Position numbers and translations under genes: made by a program. The notes under the pieces were generated by a model. The model ran no database searches and was not told the DNA's origin. It saw only the letters and a list, made by a program, of their open reading frames with translations. Shown here piece after piece: positions 52,575 through 64,000 of a stretch of DNA of 64,000 nt (the stretch's first letter is position 1; every line of letters starts with the position of its first letter). Origin of the DNA: Octopus vulgaris (taxonomy: Eukaryota); assembly GCA_951406725.2 (NCBI GenBank), contig OX597816.1, forward strand, positions 127,038,001 through 127,102,000, in the 5' to 3' direction.

Positions 52575-55039
52575 AAATAAATGCATGTGTATGTATATAT
52601 CCATTTACACATGCACTTGCTTATTTAATCTGTCACTAAATTGTCTGTTCTCTTTATACATTTGAATGCATAAGGAATGAAAGATCTTTCACTTGATAAA
52701 CAAGTAATGGTTAGTTTCAGGAAGGGTATCCAGCTATGAAACAGTACTTCTATAATATTTTCATTTAACCCATGCCAGCATGGGGAAACACATATAAAAT
52801 CAACTGTCAAATAAATATAGCCCGCTTTAATGTACAAGTTGAAAATGTTGAAATTAAAATGCATATTATCTGTACATGAATAGTACATTTCTTTATTATA
52901 GATTTCTGATATAATTTTAATATTTACATAATTGTATTTATAGGCAATCAATGACAAACATAAAAGGCTTTGTTTGTGATATAACTATAAACAAGGGTGT
53001 TAGCGTAATAGCAATATATGTGTGTGTTTGCTATATTGATTGGCACAAAGATTTTGCTTTATGTTCTGCTGTAAAAGTCTGTGTTTCTATGTGATTATGA
53101 ACTGGAAAAATATTCCCACATAATATGTGAGCATTTAACCCAAATACTCCAATGAATCTTGATGCTTCCTTTTAAATCTCATACATATTATATATAATTA
53201 TTACAATTATCTATCAGTTGTTATTTCAAATTATCAATAGATATTAATAAAATAATTTGCAAATTTATTAAAGAAATTCAGATTATCACAAAAAGAGAAT
53301 TTGTAATGGTGTGCTATAGCTGAAACAAATATATTTGGTTTTAAGATGAAAGTACCAATTTATAATCCATTTCAAATTTATAATCTAATGATATTCAAAA
53401 ACCTCAAAGGATAAAACATTTGTTATAGATTAGTATGAATGCAGTAATAATCATTTGTACTCAGTTTAAAATAATCTCAATCTTCTGATTGCTTAGGTCT
53501 ATTTGTTGTTACTAATATCACCATTAGTATAATAGTTTATTCACTGTTTACTAAAATTTGTTTATTATAATGCATACTGTCACTACAGTGTACAAAGACT
53601 TGAATTAGTTACTTATTAGTCACAATTTCAATCGTTCTTGCTTTTGAATAAAATCTTGATTCCTACCCTACTCCAATTTTAGGGTTGATACAGATATAAG
53701 AATTCATATGTACCCTTCCTGAAAACAGTAACTTCATTGTCATCACCTTTTACATATCTTGCAACTATGTAAGCAGCAATATTTGCACATTGCATTTCAT
53801 CCACATTTGACAGCTCTAAGATTTTAAATCATTTTATGTGTCTCAATTTTTTTTCACTTTTATTTATTAATGGAACTATATACCAGAGATTTACTACCAA
53901 ATAAATTTAACTTTCAGAATGTATTTACGTTTGTGGAGATGAATATAAAAAAAGAAAATATAGAAAAATTTTAAACAAATTTTTACAGTTTGAATGAAAT
54001 CTAAAGAAAGGCAAAAATGATTATTTCTGGTAGGTTTGATATTGCATATATAATGAAAATTTAACAAACATCACATTTCAGCAAATGTAATCCATAACAT
54101 GCAGCTGGTTCTTTTTTTAATTTATTTGTAATTCACATTAAAGCTGAAAACAAAATAGTTTATAGCAATTCTGTCATCTAATAATATTTCCTACATTTTA
54201 AACATATTCGGCTATCAAACTTTAAAGGTCTAAAGATTTAGAGTATAACTAATAAACAAAAGATTTCATTCTGTTTAGTATTTTCACATTTGTTTCTTCA
54301 TGGTAAAACAGCTCTTCCACTTTTATCAGTTACAGCTATATTTTTCATCCTAACAACAACCACATAACTATTGTATTTACTTTCAGAGTCTGAGGTAAAT
54401 AGAGAGTAATGTTCATTTACTAGAAGCATAATGAAAACCTTTTGGCAAGGCTGAAATTTTCTAGTCAATCAACTTAATTGCTTTGCTATATGACACTGAG
54501 TGATACAATATTAATATTTTACATAATTAATGGAAATTTAATGGCATATATTTCAAAGGGAATATTTACCCAATGTGAAATTGTAAATTTTGTTGAAGCA
54601 TATCACTAAGAATAATTAATGTATTTTCATAGTATTTTATATATTAGAATATTAGTTGTAAAAAATGTTTTTTAAGTATACTTCTGTATGTGTATATATA
54701 TATATATATATATATGAGTGTGTGTATAAAGCTTTCACAACAACAGCACTGGTGTTCACAGAGTGTTAGCAAGAACATTACATGGATAGAAAGAGCTACA
54801 ACACAAGATGGTGCTGTGCAGAATGACTGCCGATACTTTTGGAGGATAGGGCATTATCAGTGACCTTCACCATCTGATATTCATTTTCACTGTATATCAT
54901 AAATTATAGAATTCTGAAAACAAAGATATCAAGATGCTTAACATTGAATAGTTTCATGAGACACATCACTCTATGACTATGGTGTTGCAGTATCCAAGGC
55001 TTTGATCTCTACGTGGCTTATTAAGATTAACATAAATTA

Positions 55040-55560
55040 CTTTGGTTGTCTGATGTAACCTGACAAATGAATTTTAACCTCAAATGGTAGATATGTAAAG
55101 CAGTGGATTTTTATTCCAGGATGTGAGAAAGTACTTTTAATGCGGAACCACCAGTGATTTCACAACCAGCTCTGGTTGGCACTGAAGTCATGCATTATGA
55201 TAGGCATATTATTTCCTCAATCCTCTTTATGACGATTATAGAATTAGCATTGAGAGATACTTGCCATCCCAAAAAACCATGTGATGCTTTTAGGAATGGC
55301 AACACTATCATAGTGCTTACAATGATAGATGCTAAATCCATCCTATCCTAATTGGACGAATTGTTCCTGTGATGAAGACTGCATCCCAAAGCTGACCTTT
55401 GAGTGGACGGGTCCTTGGGAGGGTGATAATTAAGTAGGCACAAGAAAGGATTCTAGAAATTATGTGAAATATGAGACTGGAAATGTACGATACTTCCTGT
55501 TGTAGCAACAATATATTTGGGGCTAATAATTTGATCTACAGTATCTCACCTGGTTAACAT
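55040..55560 (+). mobile_element. Degenerate HERO-like RLE retrotransposon RT fragment
   Basis: ISSILFMTIIELALR...PCDAFRNGNTI...LDELF resembles GCTISPILFVMAMEVILR...AFMDDxT...LDEL. Confidence 0.45.
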
Positions 55561-55677
55561 TGGACTTTGAAAGGACAGCAGAGCAATTATTTGCGAACTG
55601 ATGAAGGAAAAAAATGCTTCATTATTGATATTGATATGAGAGATATACTAAAGCTGAGAGCAAAATACAAATCTTCA

Positions 55678-56060
55678 TCAAAATCAAAATCAAAATCAAA
55701 ATCGTAATCGATCAACATCAGTGAAATTTGTAGCTGTGATACCAGTGCCAGTGGCACGTAAGAGAACAATCCGAACGTGGCCATAGCCAGCACCGCCCTG
55801 ACTGGCCTCCGTGCCGGTGGCACATAAAAAGCACCATCCGATAGTGGCCGTTTGTCAGCCTCGTCTGGCACCTGTGCCGGTTGCAGGTAAAAAGCACCCA
55901 CTACACTCACGGAGTGGTTGGCGTTAGGAAGGGCATCCACCTGTAGAAACATTGCCAGATCAGACTGGGCCTGGTGCAGCCTTCTGGCTTCCCAGACCCC
56001 AGCTGAACCGTCCAACCCATGCTAGCATGGAAAGCGGACCTTAAACAATGATGATGATGA
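55678..56060 (+). mobile_element. RTE-type 3' tail repeat (young)
   Basis: (AAAATC)n, tandem GTGGCAC.TAAAAAGCACC units, GGAAGGGCATCC and a (GAT)n tail. Confidence 0.85.
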
Positions 56061-56760
56061 ATAGTAAAATAATATAGTTAATGCAAAGTTCGTGTTGTTG
56101 TGACAGTACTCAATTTAGTATAGGGACTGCATAGATACCATAAAGAAAACATGCTATATTATGTGCTAAAACTGCTTGGATATTCTCTTATTACATCGAT
56201 ACTGGAGTTGAAACTCTTGGAAGGTGCTAAATTATTGTTAACTTCAGCCAATAAGCCAATGAAAGCATTGTCAACATTGCAAGCTACACACACACACACA
56301 CGTATGCACGCATGCACACACAAACACACACGCACACACATTATTGACATCATGTGAATTTATAAAACTTTCAACAGATCATGAACTAATTCTTTCTTTG
56401 AAATATCATGAATGACATACAATGTTATAAATAACAGTATGTAAATATTAAGTTGGGAAACCTTTTTGCATTGAATAAAATGGCAAAGGCTACTCTTTGG
56501 TTTATTCTATCCAAAAGTATTTTTCAATCCATTATTTACATGTTGTTATTTATGGCTTTATGTGTGTGTTTCATGATATACAAAAGAAAGAATTAGTTCA
56601 AGTTCTCTTGAAAGTTTATAAATTCTTATGACTTCAGTGACATACAATGTTTGCTGGTAGGAATAGAATGGACAGAGAAATTTGAAGGATTTGGTCCAAT
56701 GGTAAAATGCCTGTTGTGTTTACAGGAGATAAATACACACACACACATACATACATACAT

Positions 56761-57311
56761 GGAGGCTGCCCCCTCGTTATCAAGTATGGCCATTGCATGA
56801 AGCTAAATCAATGTTGTTATCGTGCAATCCCTGCGCAAGAAGATTTTTTTTAAAGTGAGGAAAGGCTGTGCACTGAGTCAATCTTACTCACTAAGCAACA
56901 GCAGCCATAATCTGAAAAGAAGAAAAAGTCAACATCATCGGTAACCACTGAACTGCAGGTTTTATGTTAGAGTTATCCCAGTTACCTGAGTTACCTTCTC
57001 CTAGAAGGATGCCCTATCAAAGGCTAGGAGTCCTTCACTCCCAATGGTTTAACCACGCGATTGGGTATTCAGTCCGATTATTTTTATGTCCTCATGCATG
57101 ATACAGCCCTAAGACATTTATTGGATGGCCGTTGACTCTCAAGAGTTCCTCTGCCCTTTGACAGGTTTTGTTTTTCATCACACAGAGTGTCCAATAAACA
57201 CCCTCCTCACCAAGTAAGCTTGGTGGGGTTGCCGGTTTAGTCGCCGACGACCTGACCATGCAACAGGTTGTACTGGGTTACATGTTGCCAGTAGCACTCG
57301 AAAGTGACCTG
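56761..57311 (-). mobile_element. RTE 5'-UTR-like non-autonomous element inserted in (ATAC)n
   Basis: GC-richer block between CATACATACAT repeats. Minus strand CTAGGAGAAGGTAACTC resembles a motif of RTE 5' UTRs. Confidence 0.5.
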
Positions 57312-58254
57312 GCATAACATACATCCATACATACATGTGTATATGATGGTTGTCAGCTCATAAACAAATATGACCATCACTGATAAAGCAATGCAGACTC
57401 TCCCCATCTGACTGACATGAACCAGCTACAAGATATTTAGTGTCAATATGGATTGCAGGCTCAAAAGTTTGGGAGCACCATGATCTCAAGTGCAAGCATA
57501 AGATCCCCAAAATGTCCACTTCCATTCCCTGCATATCTGGCTTTTATATCTAAAGACATGTTTTCACAAAACGCTGAATGGTGATTTGATCCCAGTGATC
57601 TTCCAGTATACTAGACAGGAACCTAGAATTTCTGAGAGACTGTACTATTTCTAGATAGTTATTGAACTTATACTTATACTGGGTCTCTAGAAAACTTCCT
57701 CACCAGGTTAGCCTGGTAGTGGTAGCTGATGACCGGTTCATACAACAAGCTGTATTGGATTCCATGTTACCAATCGCTCTTGTGAGAGACTACACAAGAG
57801 ACCTGACATACATAAATAGATACATACATAAGAAATGATATAGTAAATATATAATATATAATATGTTGCAACTCAAGGTTTCACAAACAATACTCTCATA
57901 TCATATGGTTTATTATGATACAGAATATATGATGTAACAGTATAGATTTAAGAAGTTATAAGAAGCCCATCTAATTACATATAATAATGTAAAGGATGAG
58001 TTTTTCCTTTGAGTAGTTAAAATTAAACAATGTCATGTAAGTATATATATATATATAAACAATTATTCATGTATTTGATGGGCTTGAAAAAAGTAGAAGT
58101 GCCCATGGCCTTTGTAACAGGCCATCTCAGGCTGGTGAAACTGAAGCCATTAATGTCCTCTTGAAGTTTTCTAAGTCAATACTTATGGTTGAAACAGGGA
58201 AGGCATTCTATAGGTTGAAATTCTGGAAGAAGAACTTTTACCATATGCATCAAT

Positions 58255-58700
58255 ATTACATTGGGTTTTGCCAAAAGCTTGGTGAATATCAAGCTCAAAC
58301 CATCCTGAAGATTAAGCAGGTTTTTTAGTGATGAAGCTATGGGCAAAACTCAGATGTGATACAACCACTTGAAACATAGCCTTACCTTAGTGGAGAGCGA
58401 TGTATGCTCAGGAAGGCTAAACAAGCAGCTAATTGAGAAGGTTCAGTGAACAGTCATGGAAGTCTATTATATAACATTCCAGGAAATTGCTCATGAAGTG
58501 GAAATAAGTACACAATCAATGTATTTAATGGAGGATTTGTGCATGTGGGGAGTGTCAGTGAAATTCATCCACAATATACTGGTGGAGCGGCAGAAGCAAC
58601 ACTTCATGGAACTAACTCAGGGCATGTTGGACTGTATAAACCACAACCTACACTTCATGAAAAACATCATCATTGGTGATAAGACAGGGTTTTGTGGTAT
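58255..58700 (+). mobile_element. Degenerate mariner (irritans-like) transposase fragment
   Basis: DEAMG...VESDVCSGR...ITFQEIAHEVEIS...EDLCMWGVSVKFIH...FMKNIIIGDKT (consensus IITGDETW). Confidence 0.75.
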
Positions 58701-59094
58701 CTGCTTGATGCATTCGATCATTTGGCATGAAAACAAGAATTTGAATAGTGCCAACATTACAGCTATTACATAATTACCAGTTCCCCCGGAAAAAAAAACT
58801 ATCAGGCCTAAAATACCATACCCTCTTTCCTTAATTTTCTGTATTTTTCATACTCTCTAAATTTGTTATGCAAATATATATCTATAAACTTATGCACAAA
58901 TATTTATCAAACCCAGGTTTGTTTATTTGCATCACTATCTCCTTATCAGCTTACCTGGATTCCTCTTATAGCCACTCTTTATGAAGGTAGTCCTCAGTAA
59001 AGACTTTGGAGTATAAGTTCAAGCCATTTCAGCACTTCCACATGCTTTCTATGTTGAGCATTCTAGATTTCACCTGTTGACTACACACATACAC

Positions 59095-59950
59095 ATATTA
59101 ATAGACGTTCTGTGAAATTCTTGTATAACTGCTGCCCCAATATGAAGAGTATCATCACTTGAGGTCAATATCAAGAGCCAAAATCTGGTTGTAACTGTCA
59201 TGACCCAGGATCCTGTCCACTTGATCAAAGATATATGATCAAATCTGTCATATATGAGGAAGAAGCTACTGCAATGCTAAATGATAATACAACAGATAAG
59301 AAGACTTATATTGGATTATGTGAAGGAGAACTTAAAAATCACTATGTCAACGACATAGCCTCCTTCCAACATAAAGACAAAAGCAAAGCTACAAAGTTGG
59401 CTAGCCATGTATGGAGTTTGAAAGCTAGCGAAACATCAGATATGATTAAGTGGAAAATAACTGAGACATCCACACCTTACATTAATGGATCAAATAAATT
59501 TAGGCTATGTTTAGCTGAAAGAGGTCAATATCTTTTCAGATCTAAGATCCCTAACCCTCTACTGAAATCTAGGTCTGAAATTTTCAGAGGTTGCAAACAT
59601 ATGTATAAATATATTTTGAAGAATTGGAAAATTCTGCCTATACCTGATTAACTTGTTGATAACCAGCCTTATAATTTAAGGTCTATGGAGGATAACTCTT
59701 TTATCTTTTTTACATTTTACATTTTACTTTTTATGTTTTCATTTTCTATTTTCTAACCTTCTGCATTTTCTATATGTTGCCTTTTCAGCTTCTTCCCATT
59801 TCTTCTCCTATTCAATGTTTTTAGTTCATTATGATATATGCTTTGTTCCTGATTAATATGTTCGAGATATTTCTCTTCATATGAAACTATTAGTAGCACT
59901 TAAAGAGACATGTATTGTGTCCCTTAAATAAATAATGTTTATCTCTCACC
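59095..59950 (+). mobile_element. Penelope-like element 3' fragment (GIY-YIG endonuclease plus 3' UTR)
   Basis: VKFLYNCCPNMKSIIT*...GCNCHDPGSCPLD...SVIY...TYIG...RLCLAE...LLKSRSEIFRGCKH. Degenerate hammerhead at 59845-59899. Confidence 0.85.
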
Positions 59951-59993
59951 AGATGGAGTACTTTTTTGTTGATCTTTCTATCATGGAACAGTA

Positions 59994-60360
59994 CATCATC
60001 ATCATCATCATCATCATTTAACGTCCACTTTCCATGCTAGCATGGGTTGGATGGTTCAACTGGGGTCTGGGGAGCCCGAAGGCTGCACCAGGCCAGTCAG
60101 ATCTGGTAGTGTTTCTACAGCTGGATGCCCTTCCTAACGCCAACCACTCCGAGAGTGTAGTGGGTGATTTTATGTGCCACCGACACAGGTGCCAGACGAG
60201 GCTGGCGAACGGCCACGCTCGGATGGTGTTTTTATGTGCCACTGACACAGGTGCCAGACGAAGCTGGTGAACGGCCACGCTCGGATGGTGTTTTTATGTG
60301 CCACCGACACAGGTGCCAGACAAGGCTGGCAGACGACAACGCTCGGATGGTGTTTTTATG
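59994..60360 (-). mobile_element. RTE-type 3' tail repeat with three 62-bp tandem units
   Basis: TATGT recurs at 60171, 60233, 60295 and 60357. GTACAT flanks the element at 59991-59996 and 60360-60365. Confidence 0.9.
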
Positions 60361-62519
60361 TACATTATATATATATATATATAAATATATCATTATAATC
60401 AAGGATGGTGCTATTAAGTTAGACATGGCCTGGGCCAATAGTGGCCGAAACCTATCAAAGTATCAAAGTATAGGACTTTATCATGTAGCTAGCATGTAAA
60501 AAACCATTCAGGTAAAAATTAATACTAGGAATTTAATTTTATAAATATAATTATAAAATTATAATAAGGGCAACTACTGAGTAATGCCACATGCTAGAGG
60601 AAGATGCTAAATGGCTCTAAAACTACCATATTTATCACATAGACATGGGCTGAAAGTGAGGGAATGAATAAAACAGCTTTTTTAAAAGGTTTAACCATAG
60701 ATTGATTTCTGGTTTAGGGATGTAATACCACTTTACCGTCCTCAATATGATATAATCAAAAGTACATAATTGTAAACATTTGTACATACTATACGAACAC
60801 AATGTATCCACAGTGCATATGCAAATGTTCATACTTATATACAAGTTAAATCTAATTCGTTCATCTCAGCCACGTTTGAATAACCAAAATAATTCAGCAG
60901 CAAATAAATTTGGTTTAAGTGAATTCATATTTATCATTATAATTGAGGATAAAATCTTTATTGGATTTTCTCAAGTAGCTAACATATATTGTCTTTGTAT
61001 ATGTAAGTACGTGTGATATGTAAAGGTTTTAAGGATATAATATTACTTCTCATAAGCATTTGTAACAATTTTCACAAATTACAAACTAATGTGTAAGTAA
61101 TATTTCAAATTGGAAATGAAATCTGAACTATAAAATATACTCTTTGTTAAGAACAATTAAATGCCAAATAGCTAACCTATATTTACGAATGTAAAAGTTT
61201 CAGCTGTTATACATCTGTTCGAATGCATTGTAAAACAGCAAAGAAAATGCTTCTATAAAAGAACTTGTTTAATGAAGTAATGAAATATACAATCAGCTGT
61301 TAACTACTCAATAAACATTCTTGTATAACATTAGTTAACAGAAATTTTTCAAGTCAGTGGCATGTTTCATTGAAACTCTAAGTTGAAAGTAAATTCAAGT
61401 AGTAAATGTTAAATATTTTTGATAAAGTTTTGTTTTATGCATGTTTTTATTGTTTATTTTGCTATTAATGTTTCTCTCTGAAGCATAGCATTAAAGTTCA
61501 CTTATAATATGTGGATTTTAGCTACCTTTTTTATTAATTTCAGTGACATTTAAAGATTGTTTATTTGTACTTCTGTTAAGTTCCTGCTTATGTCTTTTAT
61601 CCCATGGAGTGAGAATTAATAGTATTTTCTTAATAATGAACTTAAAATATGTTATTTTCATTTGATTTGTCATTGTGTATGTATGTGTGTGTGTGTATGT
61701 ATTCTAGGTTTTATTGTTAATCCAGAAGGGAATTGATATTTGTCCATTTAATAACTTTAATATAATAAATCATGAACATATAACTCTATGTAGTATAGTT
61801 CCATAATGGCATATTGCTTAAGTGAAAGTTCATTCAAAGTATAAACAAAATTTGCAATTTAAAAACTTTTGATAGAAATACTAATTACAGTGCTAAAAAA
61901 CATAGTTCTAAAAAAAAAAACATTTTTTACTAGAAGGAAGAAATATTTATGTTTTCCTGTATCAAACAATGTAACAAATGCTCTTCTGGTACAGCAAGTA
62001 AAATGTCTGAGTAAATGCTTAATAAATAATATTTCCTTTATAGTTTCAAAAAGTAATACTTTTAAGATAAAAAGATAAACTAATATTAACTTTGGTGATT
62101 AATGGGAAATGTTTATCATTTTGAATCAAAGTGTATAAAATAAATTTATTTAATTTTTCATTATCTCTTTAGTTCTTGAAAGATCAACCTGTCAGTGATC
62201 AGATTAATTGTAAATATATATATCACAGCATCTGAATTTGCTAATGCTGTTAAAAGAATGAACACACTTTTATTGCTTGTTTTCTTTTCCTTTTTAAGAT
62301 TCAAGAGTCTATTTTTTGGGTCATAGTTAAAACAAAAAGATTTTAGGAAAATTAATTGAATAATTAATTGAAGAACATTTCTTTCATAATTGAATATCTC
62401 TGATTTATTTTACCTTAAATGTTTATGTGCATGTCTGTATGTGCACATATTTGTGTGGGTATTTCTATGCATTTGTGTAATTCATGCATGATATTTTTGT
62501 CTCATAACTTTAAGAAGGC

Positions 62520-63303
62520 AATCAATTTATATTTAAAAAATACAATTATGGACTTAAGAAAAGAATTAGAATTGACATTTGGAATATTATATTCTTAGAA
62601 AGCAAAAAAAAAAATCTACTAAATCTATTTTTCTATTTTCAGTTGACTACTTATTGATGTATTACAATGGGTAGTTATTCATCATAAGAGAAATTATGAA
62701 CTTCAGTAAAGCAACATATCACATTCATTTTTATTGAAGTAAAATTACTTAGCTAATGGTCACTTAATAATGAATATAAAAGTATCAAAATCTGGCTGAA
62801 AATTTTTGAGATTTACAAACATTCAGAAATTTTTTAATGAATATTTGGTTTTAGATATGTTGAAAGTAAAACAATTTCAAATTTCCTAAATTAGTAATTT
62901 TAAATAATTATGTTTATAATTACTTGTGTGTGTGTAGGGGGGTGTACTAATGGAGACTCAAAGTTATTTTATTTAGAATAACCCATCTTTAACATGAAAA
63001 TAGACATTAAAATATTTCTAGATGTTTGCAAAATCTCAAGGAAAGAAAAATTCAAGCTAATATTAGACACATTTTTTACTCTTATTATTTAACAATCATT
63101 AGCTAAGTAATGATACTTCAATAAACGTTAATGTGATACAAGTTACTTTACTGAAGTTCTTTTATCATGAATAATTATTCAATTAGTAGTCATTTGAAAA
63201 TAGAGAAATGTATTTAGTGGTTTTCATTTTCTAAGAATGTAATATTCTAAATGTCAGTTCTAATTTCCTTAAGTCTACAATCAAATTTTTAAAATATGAA
63301 TTA
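62520..63303. repeat. ~80-bp inverted repeat with ~625-bp spacer (old MITE or fold-back)
   Basis: GACTTAAG...AATTAGAATTGACATTTGGAATATTATATTCTTAGAAA (62551-62601) versus TTTCTAAGAATGTAATATTCTAAATGTCAGTTCTAATT...CTTAAGTC (63228-63275). Confidence 0.7.
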
Positions 63304-64000
63304 AATATATGCATATATGAATGAATATACATATGTACATATGTGTATACGTAATATGTATGTATAAAGTAGATTTTGGCATTTCTTATAAAATGATCTA
63401 AATGAATTAGAATATTTTGGTACATTATGGAAATATATTAAGTTTTAATTTCGTAATGAGCCAGCCTCATACTTCTTTATTCCTTCTTCAAAAAAGACAG
63501 TACTTAATCCTTCCTTCATCACATACATATTAATTGTCATTTCTTTCTTCTGTTTTGATTATAAGTGTTATCTATTATTGGTTCAGTTTATTTCTCTTAC
63601 AATATTTTGATATTTGAATTTGTGATGCATTTTGAATATAATTTTTTGTGTATATTTATTTGAAATTGATATTGTCATATGAAAATAAGTTTTTTTGTAT
63701 TTCACTATAAAGTTTGAGATAATTTGATATAAAAAAAATTTTCTCTATGAATTTTTTTTTATTCTTTTGATATAAGTTGATAAGATTTATCCATTTTTTG
63801 TAATGAGTTGCTGTGAAAGCACAATGAATACACATCTGCAGCTAAGGGAGTCATGAAATTTTCCTTATAAATATCATCAAGAAAACCAGAATGCACAAAA
63901 TATTTTTACAAAAGTTGTAATTAATCTTATCATAATCAAATAAAGTATTATCAAAAAAATGGATAGATTTTGTGTTTGAATGCCATAAATATTTAATTCA

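Noticed and set aside
54780-54940. Tc1/mariner-like QDGA fragment
   Set aside because: Only one short motif is recognisable. Too degenerate to call.
60165-60360. CRISPR-like appearance of regularly spaced repeats
   Set aside because: Whole 62-bp units are repeated, there are no unique spacers or cas genes, and the context is eukaryotic.

Overview
AT-rich eukaryotic non-coding DNA, most likely a very long intron or an intergenic region of an animal genome. The tRNA-derived SINE families, RTE-type tails and microsatellite load resemble Octopus; this is my recognition, not a database result. I found no intact host gene. Almost all listed ORFs are microsatellite or repeat artefacts. The real protein-coding traces are all transposon-derived: a young 5'-truncated R4/Dong-type RLE retrotransposon in an (AAT)n array (45028-46815), older RLE copies, three mariner fragments, a Penelope-like GIY-YIG fragment, a copia RNase H relic and two ends of an unidentified one-ORF element. 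Two signals are not explained by the ORF track. (1) Several short elements carry hammerhead ribozyme motifs or fold back on themselves, three of them between target-site duplications. One hammerhead core at ~9497-9586 (-) looks intact, and a nearby element has a U3-A8 variant hammerhead next to an HDV-like fold. (2) A recursive-splicing-like site (polypyrimidine-AG|GTAAGT) with a 59-nt cryptic exon lies at 16689-16747. Boundaries of degenerate elements are approximate.
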